Of a stretch of DNA of 64,000 bases, positions 26,516 through 40,727 are shown piece after piece. Source of the stretch: Ophelia neglecta (taxonomy: Eukaryota). A program made the position numbers and the translations under genes. The stretch covers positions 88,350,001 to 88,414,000 of the forward strand of contig OZ260664.1 of assembly GCA_965285935.1 (NCBI GenBank), read 5' to 3'. The notes beneath the pieces are model-generated. The model saw only the letters and a program-made list of their open reading frames with translations. It was not told the origin of the DNA and did no database searches. The number at the start of each line of letters is the position of its first letter. Position 1 is the first letter of the stretch.

Positions 26516-28079
26516 TATATGGTTAGCTGTATAACCTTAGTATTATGATACATACGATATGATAGGTTACGATACACTGCACTATCTACGACCGGTGTCT
26601 CCTTCCAGACGAGGTCTGGGAGTAAGCTCTCTGTTGTCTTCTGGAGAGGGACCCAGCACTAACACCATCCATCACAAAGCTGATCTCCAATACCCCTTCC
26701 AAGTTCTCATATCTTCCCATGGGAAGAGGGACAGGGGTGGTGGATAGCCTTTATCAACTACCCTTCTTGATCTAATAGAAGGCTATCTTCTTTCATTTTT
26801 TGGGTCTAGAAAATATTGAACTTTTATGCCAAACTTGGTATGTGTCTTTTTGTTTTTGGATCTTCCCTTTGTTCACAGTATGGGGGTGGGTGTACAGTAG
26901 AGCTGTGCTGATTCGTACAGTAAACCAAACTGCGTGTTGAGCAATTACCTAGCAAGTACAGGTAATTGTTTGAAATGGTTTACAAGTTAAGTTTGTGATT
27001 GCTTGTACAGTGAATGCTCCTATACTGTGGTTTTGGACAGCCTTGATCTATTGTACATGTTTGTATGTCCAACTCGCCACACATACAGCTGTCAGACTTG
27101 TCGTGTTATCATAAACTCAATCTGAGAAGACCAGCTCTAAGCTGACAAAGTGGGAGTTGACTGCTGAGGACTTAGCAGTTGATGGCCATTTGATGACCTT
27201 GGTCATTTGATGACCTTGGTCTAGCCAAGACCCCAAGGGCATTCTCTAAAAGTACTCCAGCGACACAAGACCACATGACGACACAAGACCACATGACGGC
27301 ATCATGCCAGAGTCATCTTGAAAAGTGACCTTGACCTGAATCAGTGCTCAGATGACTTGCACATGACTTTACCAGTAGCAAACTACAGGTTACTAAGATT
27401 AGTTTTCAATCATCCCTAGTGACCACCTACAAGTACACACACTACACCCCTTGTACTGATGTCCAGCAGGCTGCTGATGAGCCAGTGACCACCTACCAGT
27501 ACACTGGTCAGGCCATGTTCTCTCACCAGCTAATGGTTTCATCTGAGAGCTTTGATTTCTCACCTCTTGACTTCCGGGTGAGGTTGCGGTCAGTATTGGG
27601 AACTGATCGGCCAAGGATCACCGGCGGTTACTCTGAGAGATTGACAGCTCACCGTCAGGTAAATTTATCAAGCTCAGTCTTTAAAAGTCAAAACCTATCA
27701 ACTGTAACAGCCATGTCCAGCTGACTTGCAGGCTAGCTGGCTTTCAGGAGACAGGTATAAACTACCAATAACTAGGAGAGTTATACAACCCAGATAACCT
27801 TCACACAAGACTTGTACCTCAGGCATTCCTGTACACCCATTGACTACAAGGCCGCAGCTTGGAGCTTCCCGAAAATAAGTAGCTACGGGAATAAATAGCT
27901 AGTAGCTATGTGTATGTCAAACATCACTTCTCAAAAGTGATGTTTTACATCGGAAAGGAAAAACAAACCTGCGACCATCAAAGCATGATAAAAACTAGAG
28001 TTTTGTCTACTTCTTTTCATCACTTTACTGTTGGTTGAAAATAGTGCACATCACAATAGTAAACAATTAGGATAGGAGC

Positions 28080-28690
28080 TAGGGGTTGGGGGGGGGGGGG
28101 GGGGGAGATTAGAGGTTAGGTGGAGGGCAGGAAAACTGTATCATTGGAGGTTAGGGGAGGGCAGGAAAATTGGAGGTTAGGGGGAGGGCAGGAAAATTGA
28201 GGGAGGGGAAATTGGAGGTTAGGTGGAGGGCAGGAAAACTGGAGGTTTGGTGGAGGGCAGGAAAATTGGAGGTTAGGGGGAGGGCAGGAAAATTGGAGGT
28301 TTGGTGGAGGGCAGGAAAACTGGAGGTTAGGGAAGGGCAGGAAAATTGGAGGTTAGGTGGGGGCAGGAAAATTGGAGGTTAGGGGGAGGGCAGGAAAATT
28401 GGAGGTTAGGGGAGGGCAGGAAAATTGGAGGTCAGGTGGAGGGCAGGAAAATTGGAGGTTAGGGGGAGGGCAGGAAAATTGGAGGTTAGGGGAGGGCAGG
28501 AAAATTGGAGGTCAGGTGGAGGGCAGGAAAATTGGGGGTTAGGGGAGGGCAGGAAAATTGGAGGTTAGGGGAGGGCAGGAAAACTTGAGGTTAGGGGAGG
28601 GCAGGAAAATTGGAGGTCAGGTGCGGGATGGGGAAGTGGGGGTCGGATGAGGGATGGGGAAGTGGGGGTCGGGTGGAGGGCAAGATGATG
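28080..28690 (+). repeat. 27/28-bp G-rich minisatellite (GGAGGTTAGGGGGAGGGCAGGAAAATT)
   Basis: About 18 units at 28110-28620, flanked by G-runs. Confidence 0.95.
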
Positions 28691-30100
28691 ATGGAGGGGG
28701 GCAGCCCGACCCCTCTGAACTGACTTACTGCTGACTTTGGTGACATGTAGCTCAGGACACAGCATGTCCACAGACTGATTGAGTCACATATAAACACCTT
28801 TACTGTCAGGATAAGACACAGGAGAATGGAAGGGGATGGGCCAAAAACCCACAGTAAAGGATGGGGTTTTAACAACCTATAGCTCTGCTCCACCCACACT
28901 GGTGCCAATAAAAAATTCAAACTTGATGTCTGTATAGCTCTAGTGCATGCAGAACAGAAATATTTCCCCAAGATTCATGTCTCTGCCTTAAACTGCAGAC
29001 ACAAACGGTATACAATTTCTGAACAGACATCTCTTCAGTAAAGATTATCAAACTCGTGTGAAATGGCAGCTGATTTCAGGTAAGGCCATTCTGTTAAACA
29101 TGGAATACAGAAAAAATAGGGCCAATTTTAGGGCCCCTTGGCCCTTAAGGTACATCAAAATGAGTGCAGATTTTACGTGCTCTTGGAACGCTTGGAAGTT
29201 TTATTGTAGTAGCCTGTAGCATGGAGAAATATCTTAGTACAGGTCTCAGGGAGTTGCCATCATCCATGTTTTTAAGTCTGAAGGCTTATTAATTGGCTAA
29301 AAACTCCCTCTCACAAAGCTCATACAAATAGCACATGGAAAAAACACCTCTGAGAATGAGGTTGATGGATTCTTTGGTTCTAACGCTTGCAGGATTTCTT
29401 TGTATTCCTCAGCATGCACCAATAACAGAGCCATGCATGTAGCTCCCTAGATAAACAACACTTGTGACCTCCCCTAGCTAACTAGCTAGCTCATCTCCAC
29501 AATCAATTTGGAAAATCTGTTATACAAGTGTGTTTGAGACAGTTTTTACCTGGAGAGGGCGCCTGAAGAGGCAGTAAGAGACGTCCGTCTGCCGCCATAA
29601 ACACTGTGGATGAATGATCCGGAATTAAATAGATCAAATCAACAATGCAAACCAGATCAGTTTTCCTAGCCAGGAAAATATCCTGAACTGTTCTCCACAT
29701 AATTTGGACATGAAATTCTGTCCCAGGGCTGGAGTCAGGTCGGGGGGGGGGGGGGGGGACCAAATATGCAATGAACAGGACATTTTGTGTGGCCGTAGAG
29801 TGATTTCCTCATGGAAGAAGGGATTTGTAAGAGATAACATGTACAAGTTCAGGAAGTCTTCAAAAATTGAAGACTGAAAAATTTCCTGCCTGTGAATATT
29901 TCCTGATCAATAGTGTGTAGTACATTCAGACTATCATTTATCAAACAGAACAGTGAGATTAATTGGAAATTGATGAATTGATCAACCGTAATGTATTCTG
30001 GATATCATTTTTGTTCTTATAATGATTAAGCAATCAATTCACCCATTTTGCAGTCAACTACAGGCTGGTGGAGGGATACATCCCCTGGACATTGGTGGGT

Positions 30101-30370
30101 TGGTTGTTGTTGTTGTTGTTGTTGTTGTTTGGGGGTTTTACTTGGCTTTCAACACTTATCGGTCATATCGCCACAGTGCCTACTTGTGACAGTGGGCTCA
30201 ATGCCCTCTTTATAGTGCTGCCTCACTGGAGTACCTGCCGTAGACACCAGACAGGGAACCCCTCCCAGTCACATTATACTGATACCGGGTTGACCAGTCC
30301 TGATACTACCTCCAAAATACCGGGCGCCTGGCAGAGAAGCTATCAGTACCTATTTTTACGTCTTGGGTTT
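30101..30370 (-). mobile_element. tRNA-derived SINE, 5'-truncated copy with expanded (AAC)n tail
   Basis: Reverse complement aligns with the core and tail of 43734-44044; tRNA head missing. Confidence 0.88.
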
Positions 30371-31214
30371 AAAGCAATCTGGACATTGATTGGCATGCTC
30401 CACCCCCAGGACCCAAAAGAGCTGAACCTCTTGACAAACCCCGACCCAAATAGAGCTTAAAATATATGTCAAACAGAGCAGATACCTCAAACAAGGGTCT
30501 AACAAAGGGGATCATCTTCCAACAGGGGGTGAAAAGGACAGACCATACCCTTATTAATATAGCAGTGTATAGAAGGCGACCCCAACAGTCTGCCTCAGTA
30601 TCAAGCAATTCTCTACAGGTCTACCAGTGTCAGAGAAACTAGTGCCTCGCACAAAGAATGTTCCATGTTTTGTTCAATGCAAAGTGAACCAAGATGGAGA
30701 CAGACGAATAAACAAACACTTCACGAGTTTAAACCAGCAAAGCTTTAACAGAGAATCTACATTTAATGACAACAAATTACCTAAAAGTGTAGGATCTTCT
30801 GAGACGCATCAACTCAAGACACCTTTTAAGTTAAGGTTACTCCAAATGGATGACTAGTGAGGCATACAGCAAACCAAAACTGTTTTCTGTGACAGAATCT
30901 TACAGGTGAATGAAACAGGATGCAGACTTTTAGAGTCAACAAAACAAGAAGCTGGGGAGGTGAATTTGCATGAGGGTGTAGTAATAATCACACTGGGGGC
31001 TGACAAGCAGCTGTGGGCGGCCCAAGACATGTTATCTCCTGTAACCTAGCCACAGTCAAACCTGGCCTTAATCATATGGAAGTGGGTGAAGACAAACCAG
31101 CCATGCAAATAGAGGACACATCCGAATTGTAATGATACTGTCATCAGTCGGTGAGGATTGATTGTAAGTTGTGTCCTGAACAGGAAAACACCAAGTGGTC
31201 TATGGAGCAAGTTA

Positions 31215-31412
31215 ACAGTATGGGCTAACACAAGACGCCAGTTTTTAGGGTTAAAGTATGGGCTAACACAAGACACCAGTTTTGAGGGTGGAAGTATGGG
31301 CTAACACAAGATGCCGGTTTGGAGGGTTAAAATATGGGCTAACACAAAATGCTGGTTTGGAGGGTGTAGTAAAGTGGGGGATAACACAAGATGCTGGTTT
31401 GGAGGGTTAAGG
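31215..31412. repeat. ~38-bp degenerate tandem repeat (AGTATGGGCTAACACAAGA...GAGGGTTAA), ~5 units
   Basis: Direct reading. Confidence 0.8.
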
Positions 31413-32009
31413 TTGAGATTGAAGGACATAGGTTGTCATAGCCTTACTGGCTTCTTCAAATTGACTCAGATAATGTAAAAAGGAAAATGTGACTCTGGTT
31501 GTTTGTAGAACATTTTGTGTACCAGAGACACTGCTAGAAAATGACCCCTCTCCACCCCCCCTCCCCTCCCCCCCCCTCCTCCTCCTCCTCCCCCCTTTTC
31601 CCTCCCTTATTCCCTGCAGTTTTGATAGCTATCTTACAATCAGTTACTACCCTAGGATGTCCTGAGAATTAGGCCGGGAGAGTGATCTGTTTTCTAACTG
31701 AAGCAGTGAAGTTAATTAATAATACCTTCCATCTTAATTACACCCAGGAGGTACATGTATATATAATTGGTTAATTTTCTGCTGAAAGAAAGAGTCTGCA
31801 TCTCACCAGCCTTCACTAGCATGGCAGCCTCAGCAGGGGACCTACATCATGATAAACTGCTACTGATTTATGTGGAGAAAAATTAACTTAAAACATCACA
31901 TATTTGTGTGGTATATTTATGGGTAGGAGATAAAGTGTATCACTACATGTTACTGGCTGTCCAGCCAGAGGTAAGCCAATCCATCGATCGTTATTCACCA
32001 ATCAGAGTG

Positions 32010-32301
32010 CAAGGCTCAACAGCAAAGAACATAAGTGATTGTCCAAAGGACAAGTCAAGTAAAGTATCCGATACTTCCAATATTTAACTTGTCCTAGTAA
32101 TTATCCACACTATAAATATGTGTTTTTCACAACATCTAACATGCCAAGTTCACTTTGAAAGTATCTTATGACAAATTTGGGTTACTTGGCACCAAATTCC
32201 ACCTCTAGACAAGTACCACAATAGATTTATAGGCATATACTTGTCCTGTGCTCTGAATTACTTGTCCAGGACAATAAGAGCATGTTTAGCGTTGAACTCT
32301 G
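32010..32301. mobile_element. Possible degenerate hAT-like MITE
   Basis: Imperfect TIRs CAAGGCTCAACAGCAAA...TTTAGCGTTGAACTCTG; several ACTTGTCC/GGACAAGT internal motifs; no clear TSD. Confidence 0.4.
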
Positions 32302-32819
32302 AGAGGAGGTTTCTCCTTACTCACTGACATTAAAGGTGGTGAGGGGCTTGGGGGTTGCTTAGAGGAGTCCCCATTCCTCCTCAGCAAGCAGAGGATTAGA
32401 GGGGTCCCCAATCTTGCCCAGGTAGCAGGTTAGGGTTAAATGAGAGGGTCCCCACTCTTTGTCAGGGACTAAAGGCCCAGGTTAGCTGGTTCTCTGTTAT
32501 GGTTAGAGAGGTCCCCAGGTGAGTGTTTAATGAGGGGGTCCATACATTTCATACTGAGCTGACCCCTGGTGATGAACTACCAAACCTGCATTATTTAGGA
32601 GATGGAGCACTTTCATGGATGACAAAAATCAAAACACTTAATCCTTTGTCTAGGGAAATTACCCACAAGGAATCTCAGTTCACAATAAATCAGTTTTCCT
32701 GACTTCTCAGAACAGATGATAGCAATTTCCGATTCAAAGGAAGTTAATGCCAGGAATAATGGATTACAGTAAATTAGGTAGACAGTTTTGGAGCTGGCAA
32801 GGGATGTCACATTGCCATG

Positions 32820-35800
32820 TAACAGCAGGCAAGTCTACACCAGAGCAGAACACACAGCTAGAAGGCAAGGCCATAGAGTGACAGTAGGCAAGGCAAGCCC
32901 AGAGCAGAACACACAACTAGAAGGCAAGGCCATAGAGCAACAGCAGGCAAGGCAAGCCAAGAGCAGATCACACCACTAGAAGGCAAGGCCATAGAGCGAC
33001 AGTAGGCAACTGGGCCAAGAGCAGAACACACCACTAGAAGGCAAGGCCATAGAGCAACAGCAGGCAAGGCGAGCCAAGAGCAGATCACACCACTAGAAGG
33101 CAAGGCCATAGGGAACAGCAGGCAAGGCCAGCCCAGAGCAGAACACACCACTAGAAGGAAAGGCCATAGAGCAACAGCAGGCAAGGCCAGCCAAGAGCAG
33201 AACACACAACTAGAAGGAAAGGCCATAGAGCAACAGCAGGCAAGGCAAGCCCAGAGCAGAACACACAACTAGAAGGAAAGGCTATAGAGCAACAGCAGGC
33301 AAGGTGAGCCAAGAGCAGAACACACCACTAGAAGGCAAGGCCATAGAGCAACAGCAGGCAAGGCGAGCCAAGAGCAGATCACACCACTAGAAGGCAAGGC
33401 CATAGGGAACAGCAGGCAAGGCGAGCCAAGAGCAGATCACACCACTAGAAGGCAAGGCCATAGAGCAACAGCAGGCAAGGCAAGCCCAGAGCAAAACACA
33501 CAACTAGAAGGAAAGGCCATAGAGCAACAGCAGGCAAGGCGAGCCAAGAGCAGAACACACAACTAGAAGGAAAGGCCATAGAGCAACAGCAGGCAAGGCC
33601 AGCCCAGAGCAGAACACACCACTAGAAGGCAAGGCCATAGAGCAACAGCAGGCAAGGTGAGCCAAGAGCAGAACACACCACTAGAAGGCAAGGCCATAGA
33701 GCAACAGCAGGCAAGGCGAGCCAAGAGCAGATCACACCACTAGAAGGCAAGGCCATAGAGCAACAGCAGGCAAGGTGAGCCAAGAGCAGAACACACAACT
33801 AGAAGGCAAGGCCATAGAGCAACAGCAGGCAAGGTGAGCCAAGAGCAGAACACACCACTAGAAGGCAAGGCCATAGAGCAACAGCAGGCAAGGTGAGCCA
33901 AGAGCAGAACACACAACTAGAAGGCAAGGCCATAGAGCAACAGCAGGCAAGTCTAGCCCAGAGCAGAACACACCACTAGAAGGCAAGGCCATAGAGCAAC
34001 AGCAGGCAAGGCGAGCCAAGAGCAGATCACACCACTAGAAGGCAAGGCCATAGAGCAACAGCAGGCAAGTCTAGCCCAGAGCAGAACACACCACTAGAAG
34101 GCAAAAGGCCATAGAGCGACAGCAGGCAAGGCGATCCCAGAGCAGAACACACCACTAGAAGGCAAGGCCATAGAGCAACAGCAGGCAAGTCTAGCCCAGA
34201 GCAGATCACACAACTAGAAGGCAAGGCCATAGAGCAACAGCAGGCAAGTCTAGCCCAGAGCAGATCACACCACTAGAAGGCAAGGCCATAGAGCAACAGC
34301 AGGCAAGGCGAGCCAAGAGCAGAACACACCACTAGAAGGCAAGGCCATAGAGCAACAGCAGGCAAGGCCAGCCCAGAGCAGAACACACCACTAGAAGGCA
34401 AGGCCATAGAGCAACAGCAGGCAAGGCGAGCCAAGAGCAGATCACACAACTAGAAGGCAAGGCCATAGAGCAACAGCAGGCAAGGTGAGCCAAGAGCAGA
34501 ACACACCACTAGAAGGCAAGGCCATAGAGCAACAGCAGGCAAGGTGAGCCAAGAGCAGAACACACAGCTAGAAGGCAAGGCCATAGAGCAACAGCAGGCA
34601 AGGCGAGCCAAGAGCAGATCACACCACTAGCAGGCAAGGCCATAGAGCAACAGCAGGCAAGGTGAGCCAAGAGCAGAACACACCACTAGAAGGCAAGGCC
34701 ATAGAGCAACAGCAGGCAAGGCGAGCCAAGAGCAGATCACACCACTAGAAGGCAAGGCCATAGAGCAACAGCAGGCAAGGTGAGCCAAGAGCAGAACACA
34801 CCACTAGAAGGCAAGGCCATAGAGCAACAGCAGGCAAGGTGAGCCAAGAGCAGATCACACCACTAGAAGGCAAGGCCATAGAGCAACAGCAGGCAAGGTG
34901 AGCCAAGAGCAGAACACACAACTAGAAGGCAAGGCCATAGAGCAACAGCAGGCAAGGTGAGCCAAGAGCAGAACACACCACTAGAAGGCAAGGCCATAGA
35001 GCAACAGCAGGCAAGGTGAGCCAAGAGCAGAACACACAACTAGAAGGCAAGGCCATAGAGCAACAGCAGGCAAGTCTAGCCCAGAGCAGAACACACCACT
35101 AGAAGGCAAGGCCATAGAGCAACAGCAGGCAAGGCGAGCCAAGAGCAGATCACACCACTAGAAGGCAAGGCCATAGAGCAACAGCAGGCAAGTCTAGCCC
35201 AGAGCAGAACACACCACTAGAAGGCAAAAGGCCATAGAGCGACAGCAGGCAAGGCGATCCCAGAGCAGAACACACCACTAGAAGGCAAGGCCATAGAGCA
35301 ACAGCAGGCAAGTCTAGCCCAGAGCAGATCACACCACTAGAAGGCAAGGCCATAGAGCAACAGCAGGCAAGTCTAGCCCAGAGCAGATCACACCACTAGA
35401 AGGCAAGGCCATAGAGCAACAGCAGGCAAGGCGAGCCAAGAGCAGAACACACCACTAGAAGGCAAGGCCATAGAGCAACAGCAGGCAAGGCCAGCCCAGA
35501 GCAGAACACACCACTAGAAGGCAAGGCCATAGAGCAACAGCAGGCAAGTCTAGCCCAGAGCAGATCACACCACTAGAAGGCAAGGCCATAGAGCAACAGC
35601 AGGCAAGGCGAGCCAAGAGCAGATCACACCACTAGCAGGCAAGGCCATAGAGCAACAGCAGGCAAGGTGAGCCAAGAGCAGAACACACCACTAGAAGGCA
35701 AGGCCATAGAGCAACAGCAGGCAAGGCGAGCCAAGAGCAGATCACACCACTAGAAGGCAAGGCCATAGAGCAACAGCAGGCAAGGCGAGCCAAGAGCAGA

Positions 35801-36575
35801 TCACACCACTAGCAGGCAAGGCCATAGAGCAACAGCAGGCAAGGTGAGCCAAGAGCAGAACACACCACTAGAAGGCAAGGCCATAGAGCAACAGCAGGCA
35901 AGGCGAGCCAAGAGCAGATCACACCACTAGAAGGCAAGGCCATAGAGCAACAGCAGGCAAGGTGAGCCAAGAGCAGAACACACCACTAGAAGGCAAGGCC
36001 ATAGAGCAACAGCAGGCAAGGCCAGCCCAGAGCAGAACACACCACTAGAAAGCAAGGCCATAGAGCAACAGCAGGCAAGGTGAGCCAAGAGCAGAACACA
36101 CAGCTAGAAGGCAAGGCCATAGAGTGACAGCAGGCAAGGTGAGCCAAGAGCAGAACACACCACTAGAAGGCAAGGCCATAGAGCAACAGCAGGCAAGTCT
36201 AGCCCAGAGCAGAACACACCACTAGAAGGCAAGCCCATAGAGCAACAGCAGGCAAGGTGAGCCAAGAGCAGAACACACAGCTAGAAGGCAAGGCCATAGA
36301 GTGACAGCAGGCAAGGTGAGCCAAGAGCAGAACACACCACTAGAAGGCAAGGCCATAGAGCAACAGCAGGCAAGTCTAGCCCAGAGCAGATCACACCACT
36401 AGAAGGCAAGGCCATAGAGCAACAGCAGGCAAGTCTAGCCCAGAGCAGAACACACCACTAGAAGGCAAGGCCATAGAGCTACAGCAGGCAAGTCTAGCCC
36501 AGAGCAGAACACACCACTAGAAGGCAAAAGGCCATAGAGCGACAGCAGGCAAGGCGATCCCAGAGCAGAACATAC
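32820..36575. repeat. 59-bp satellite (GAAGGCAAGGCCATAGAGCAACAGCAGGCAAGGCGAGCCAAGAGCAGAACACACCACTA), ~63 units
   Basis: Direct reading; largest array in the window. Confidence 0.98.
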
Positions 36576-36644
36576 AAAAAAGAGGCCATGGAGCAGAGAG
36601 CCTTGGAGCAGAGAGCCATGGAGCAGAGCTGGAGACCTGTGCTA

Positions 36645-36850
36645 CCATGCAGTGCTGCATCGCAGTGCTAGAGTACTGCGCTGTGCTGCCGCTGCAGTGT
36701 TGCCGCTGCAGTGCTGCCCCTGCAGTGCTGTTGCTGCAGTGCTGCCGCTGCAGTGTTGCCGCTGCAGTGCTGCCGCTGCAGTGCTTCTGCTGCAGTGCTG
36801 CTGCTGCAATGCTGCCGCTCCAGTGCTGCAGTACATAGCTGCAGCACAGT
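36645..36850. repeat. 14-bp tandem repeat (CTGCAGTGCTGCCG)
   Basis: Direct reading; ORFs in several frames on both strands. Confidence 0.88.
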
Positions 36851-37499
36851 TTGATCCAGCGCAGTGCTTGAATAGTGCTAAAGGAGCATAGTGCTCTTGT
36901 GCAATGCAATTAGATATAAGCAGTCCTAAAGAGCAGCACTAGAGAATTATAATCTAGTTAGATAGCTGTGCTAAAGGGCAGTCCTCAAATAGTGCTAGGG
37001 AGTAGTGCTAAAGAATAGTGCCAGAGAGCAATGCTAGGGACCAGTGCTAGAGTATATATTGTGTCTTGTTTCAAGATTCAAAATAAAAATATTCAGTTAA
37101 AACCTACTTTATACCAGTTGAAAGCCTGATAAGTTAGAAGATGGGATTAATCATAGTAGTAAGACAGGGTTTGTGTGTGGCCTGTTGTTAATCACCAGGG
37201 CTGTTAACACATACACTATGTACTTGTCATGTTCTTGAAAGCTTCCTGCTCCAAGTGTTAGGAGAGCTTTGATAAATTAGACCAATCTGTGACACCAGCA
37301 ATACTGGCAGATCTAAGGTATTCACCAGGGTTGGGGGAGTTCACTAGGAGGGTGTGGGATGGGTGTCCACACCCACAGGATGCCAAGAAGGAGGCATTCT
37401 TGGGTCATAACTCAGAGACCATCCCCCTGAAACGGGACATCCACCGGACAACAACTTGCTGCACCCTCTGGAGCGAGTTGAGGCATTCTTTTGTAGTAC

Positions 37500-37820
37500 C
37501 TTGAGGCACCACCTGAGCAAGTTAAGAGCAGTTTGGGTACCCTCAGAAGCAGCTTAGGTACCCTCAGGAGCAGTTTCGGTACCTTCAGAAGCAGCTTGGG
37601 TACCCTCAGGAGCAGCTTGGATACCCTCAAAAGCAGCTTGGATACCCTCAAAAGCAGCTTAGGTACCCTCAGAAGCAGCTTGGGGTTCTCTCAGAAGCAG
37701 CATCAGGCATCCTCGGGAGCAACAAGAGGTACCCTCAGGAGTGGCTTTAAGCACCCTAAGAAGCAGCTTGGTTGACACTCAAAGAGTAGCTTGGGTACCC
37801 TCAGGAGCAGCTTGAGGTAG
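37500..37820. repeat. 21-bp minisatellite (GGGTACCCTCAGGAGCAGCTT)
   Basis: Direct reading; 7-aa periodic ORFs. Confidence 0.9.
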
Positions 37821-38483
37821 TGTCTAAAGCAGGTTGTAGAACCTGGCCTGTCCAACCCCTATCAATCTCTAAATCTGTTAGCAAGCATTTGAGTTATTTG
37901 TATGTAATATATCTAATGGACACACTTATCTTATGATATGCCAACCAATCATGACCAGAGGAAGGGAGGTACAGGAGAGACACACAGGTAGATAGCACAG
38001 CTGGTGTCTGATGATTTTATGACTTCTGGAATGTATGTACTTACAAGTGATGAGCAGAGCTATGTCACTACTCAGCCTTATCACCGAGACTCATCAACTC
38101 TTCATAGATGGAGGGCAGAGAACTGAAAACAAGCCTAGAACACCAGGTATTTGGCTAGGTTGGTAATAGTCAATACTGCCCTAAAACATAACAAGTAGAG
38201 CTTACTTTCCTTACTACGCAGTCACATTTTTACATGGTCACTGGTCGTACAAGTCACTTCCTTTTCATGGTCTCCCATAATGCAGGTCACTGGTCTTAAT
38301 CGGTTACTATGGTTACCTCCCTTTTATGATCACTTCTGTTAACTTTGCCCTTTACATGTGAACCCTAATGGTCTACTGTGATTTTGACAGTAATCAGTAG
38401 CCTAGGTGTTAATTGTATGTTGAAGATATGTTGAAGCCATCTGACAGTGTACGGTACACACACGTATCATCACAAAAGTCCTG

Positions 38484-38703
38484 AGCTCAGTTTCTGGAAT
38501 CAGTCTTAACTCTTAATCCAATTTAAATCAGGATTAAAGTACTTAATCAGTCTTAACTTGCTAATCGGGGTTTAAGGAAGCTGGATATGGGGCTTAAACC
38601 TAGTCATTTGGTCTTCAACTTAATCATAGTCAATAAAAAAAACAATTAATATGCACTCAGATAAAAGTTATAAGGCTAATCCTTAAACTTAAGAAACCGG
38701 ACC
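38484..38703. mobile_element. Dispersed repeat family C (possibly PIF/Harbinger-type MITE)
   Basis: GTCTTAACTTGCTAATCGGGGTTTAAGGAAGCTGG (~38550) matches the reverse complement of ~44276-44310, ~47095-47129 and, more weakly, ~12581-12615; CTG on both flanks; eroded TIRs. Confidence 0.55.
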
Positions 38704-39924
38704 CTGCCCACGGACAAAGCATGTGCATAACGACCAGAAGTACGAGTCCATCCAGGTGTCAGGACCTAAGGACCTCAGGACCTTGGGACCTCCGGACCTT
38801 GGGACCTCCTTGCATGATGGCCAGTTCTTCCCTCCATACAATGTTATGCACGGAACAAGCAAAAGCTAGCAAATTACTGTTTCTTATTGCAGAGAAGGTG
38901 ACGCCATATAGTTAGGTTTTTCCAGAAAATTGGAAAAAGTCGTTCTGTAGTTGCATGAGAGATGACAGGGTCGGATGTGCAGCAATAATGGAAACATTAC
39001 TGAAATGGGCCTGCATTACTCAGCTGGGAATTAGCAGCAGCCTGTCCGGTTATTTCTGGTGGAAAATACAAGAAAATGCAAATGGGACATGCAACTTTAA
39101 GAACACTTGAAATGATTATTTCATGTCCACACATACAGAATTGGCTTGAGAGATTGCCTTCCTCAACTGAATTTAGTAGAGGCCTCAAATACTTTGGTCT
39201 TCTTCAGGAGGGCATGATAAAAAAAGAGACCACAAAATCAGTGGGAGTAAGCACTGTACAAGCTTTAATATGATCGTGCTGATACTCCATACTGTAGAAC
39301 AAAAAATGTTTACAAGCAGGAGAATTTTGGGACCCATATTTCAGCGTAAGTGTGAAACCCTGAATTTTTTAAATAAGCGTAATTCAGCCGGTGTCTGTTG
39401 GTGACCTTAGCAGGAATCAATCAGTTGGCTGATGTTTGGCTGATCTCTTGGGCTATGTGGTAGAGAAAGGTGTAAAGTACAGGACAGGAACCACTTACAC
39501 TGGAGGACAAAATACCAAGCAAATGGAATCAGTCAATACTAGTCTTAAACACACCTAATCACCTTTATATCATATAATTGACCATTTGTCCTGCATTATT
39601 ACTGAGATATTAATCCTCTTTGCTATGACAAATATCTCTTCCCACACGATGCCCTGCTTTTTGGAATCATGAGAAGGGATAATATCGAGGGGGCTGTCCA
39701 TCAAATGGTTACCCTAACAACTAACTGGGATCCAACACTAAGGAGATTGCCTGGAAATTATACACAATTAGCCACATAGCAAAGCAAATGGCAAATCAGA
39801 TTCTGTGCTCCTAGCTACCCACCAACAGAGAATAACAGATGAAAATGAAATCTGCAATGAAGTCCCCGATTGAGAACTTTATACCCAGTAAATTGCAGAA
39901 AAAATTCAATTCTCACACCATGAC

Positions 39925-40096
39925 TTATAGAATCTTACTTCCAGTAATAAAACACATGTAAATATAGTAAACACCAGTTTTGCAGCAAAATACTGTTACG
40001 TTAAAGGAGTTATAGAATCTTACTTCCAGTAATAAAACACATGTAAATATAGTAAACACCAGTTTTGCAGCAAAATACTGTTACGTTAAAGGAGTT
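39925..40096. repeat. Perfect 85-bp tandem duplication
   Basis: 39925-40009 = 40010-40094, TT microhomology at the junction. Confidence 0.93.
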
Positions 40097-40508
40097 TTGC
40101 TGCATTGAAATCCTGTCTTTAGTCTCCGACATCAATTTGGCCGTGTTCCAGTTTTTTTTTTGGGGGGGGGGGTGTTTAATCAGCAGATTGTTTACTGACA
40201 CACAGCGGCTTTCTCTCGGCTTCACCGCCATGCTCGATTGAGCATGGCCACTTCCAGGCGACGCTAACCAATGACAAATGGCTGCCGCAGCTAATCTACA
40301 ATCTTGGCGATCAATCTTTGGAGGAAATCGCCGTTATTGAACGCAGATTACCTTACCTTCATGTATGGGCTACACCGTATGCCTAAAGGGGTCGTCTCGG
40401 TTCTCCAAAGAATTGCACTGATACAATGTTTATTGACTAAATCAGTTGTCAGGTTGATAATGGAGGACCACATTCTCGTAGTGATATGAACAAAGCTTTT
40501 CTGTTCTA

Positions 40509-40727
40509 CTGTAATTCATCTAATTTTCAGACACCAACAATTATTTTAAATTCCAACCATATGAATAATTAGAGGCAAAACCTAAATCATTACTATTTTG
40601 AGTACTTGTTTCATAGTTTCCATAATAGGGTACCATATATGTGTCCTTATAATTAGAGGTAAAAATATTATTGGAAAACTGGAGTGTATAAATAAATAGA
40701 GTGTATGAATAATTAGAAATATTACAG
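40509..40727. mobile_element. ~220-bp TA-flanked MITE (CTGTAA-type ends)
   Basis: TA|CTGTAATTCATCTAATT...AATTAGAAATATTACAG|TA; repeated TAATTAGA motifs inside. Confidence 0.65.

Noticed and set aside
28110-28620. Interstitial telomeric repeat
   Set aside because: TTAGGG occurs at most once per 27/28-bp unit and never in tandem.
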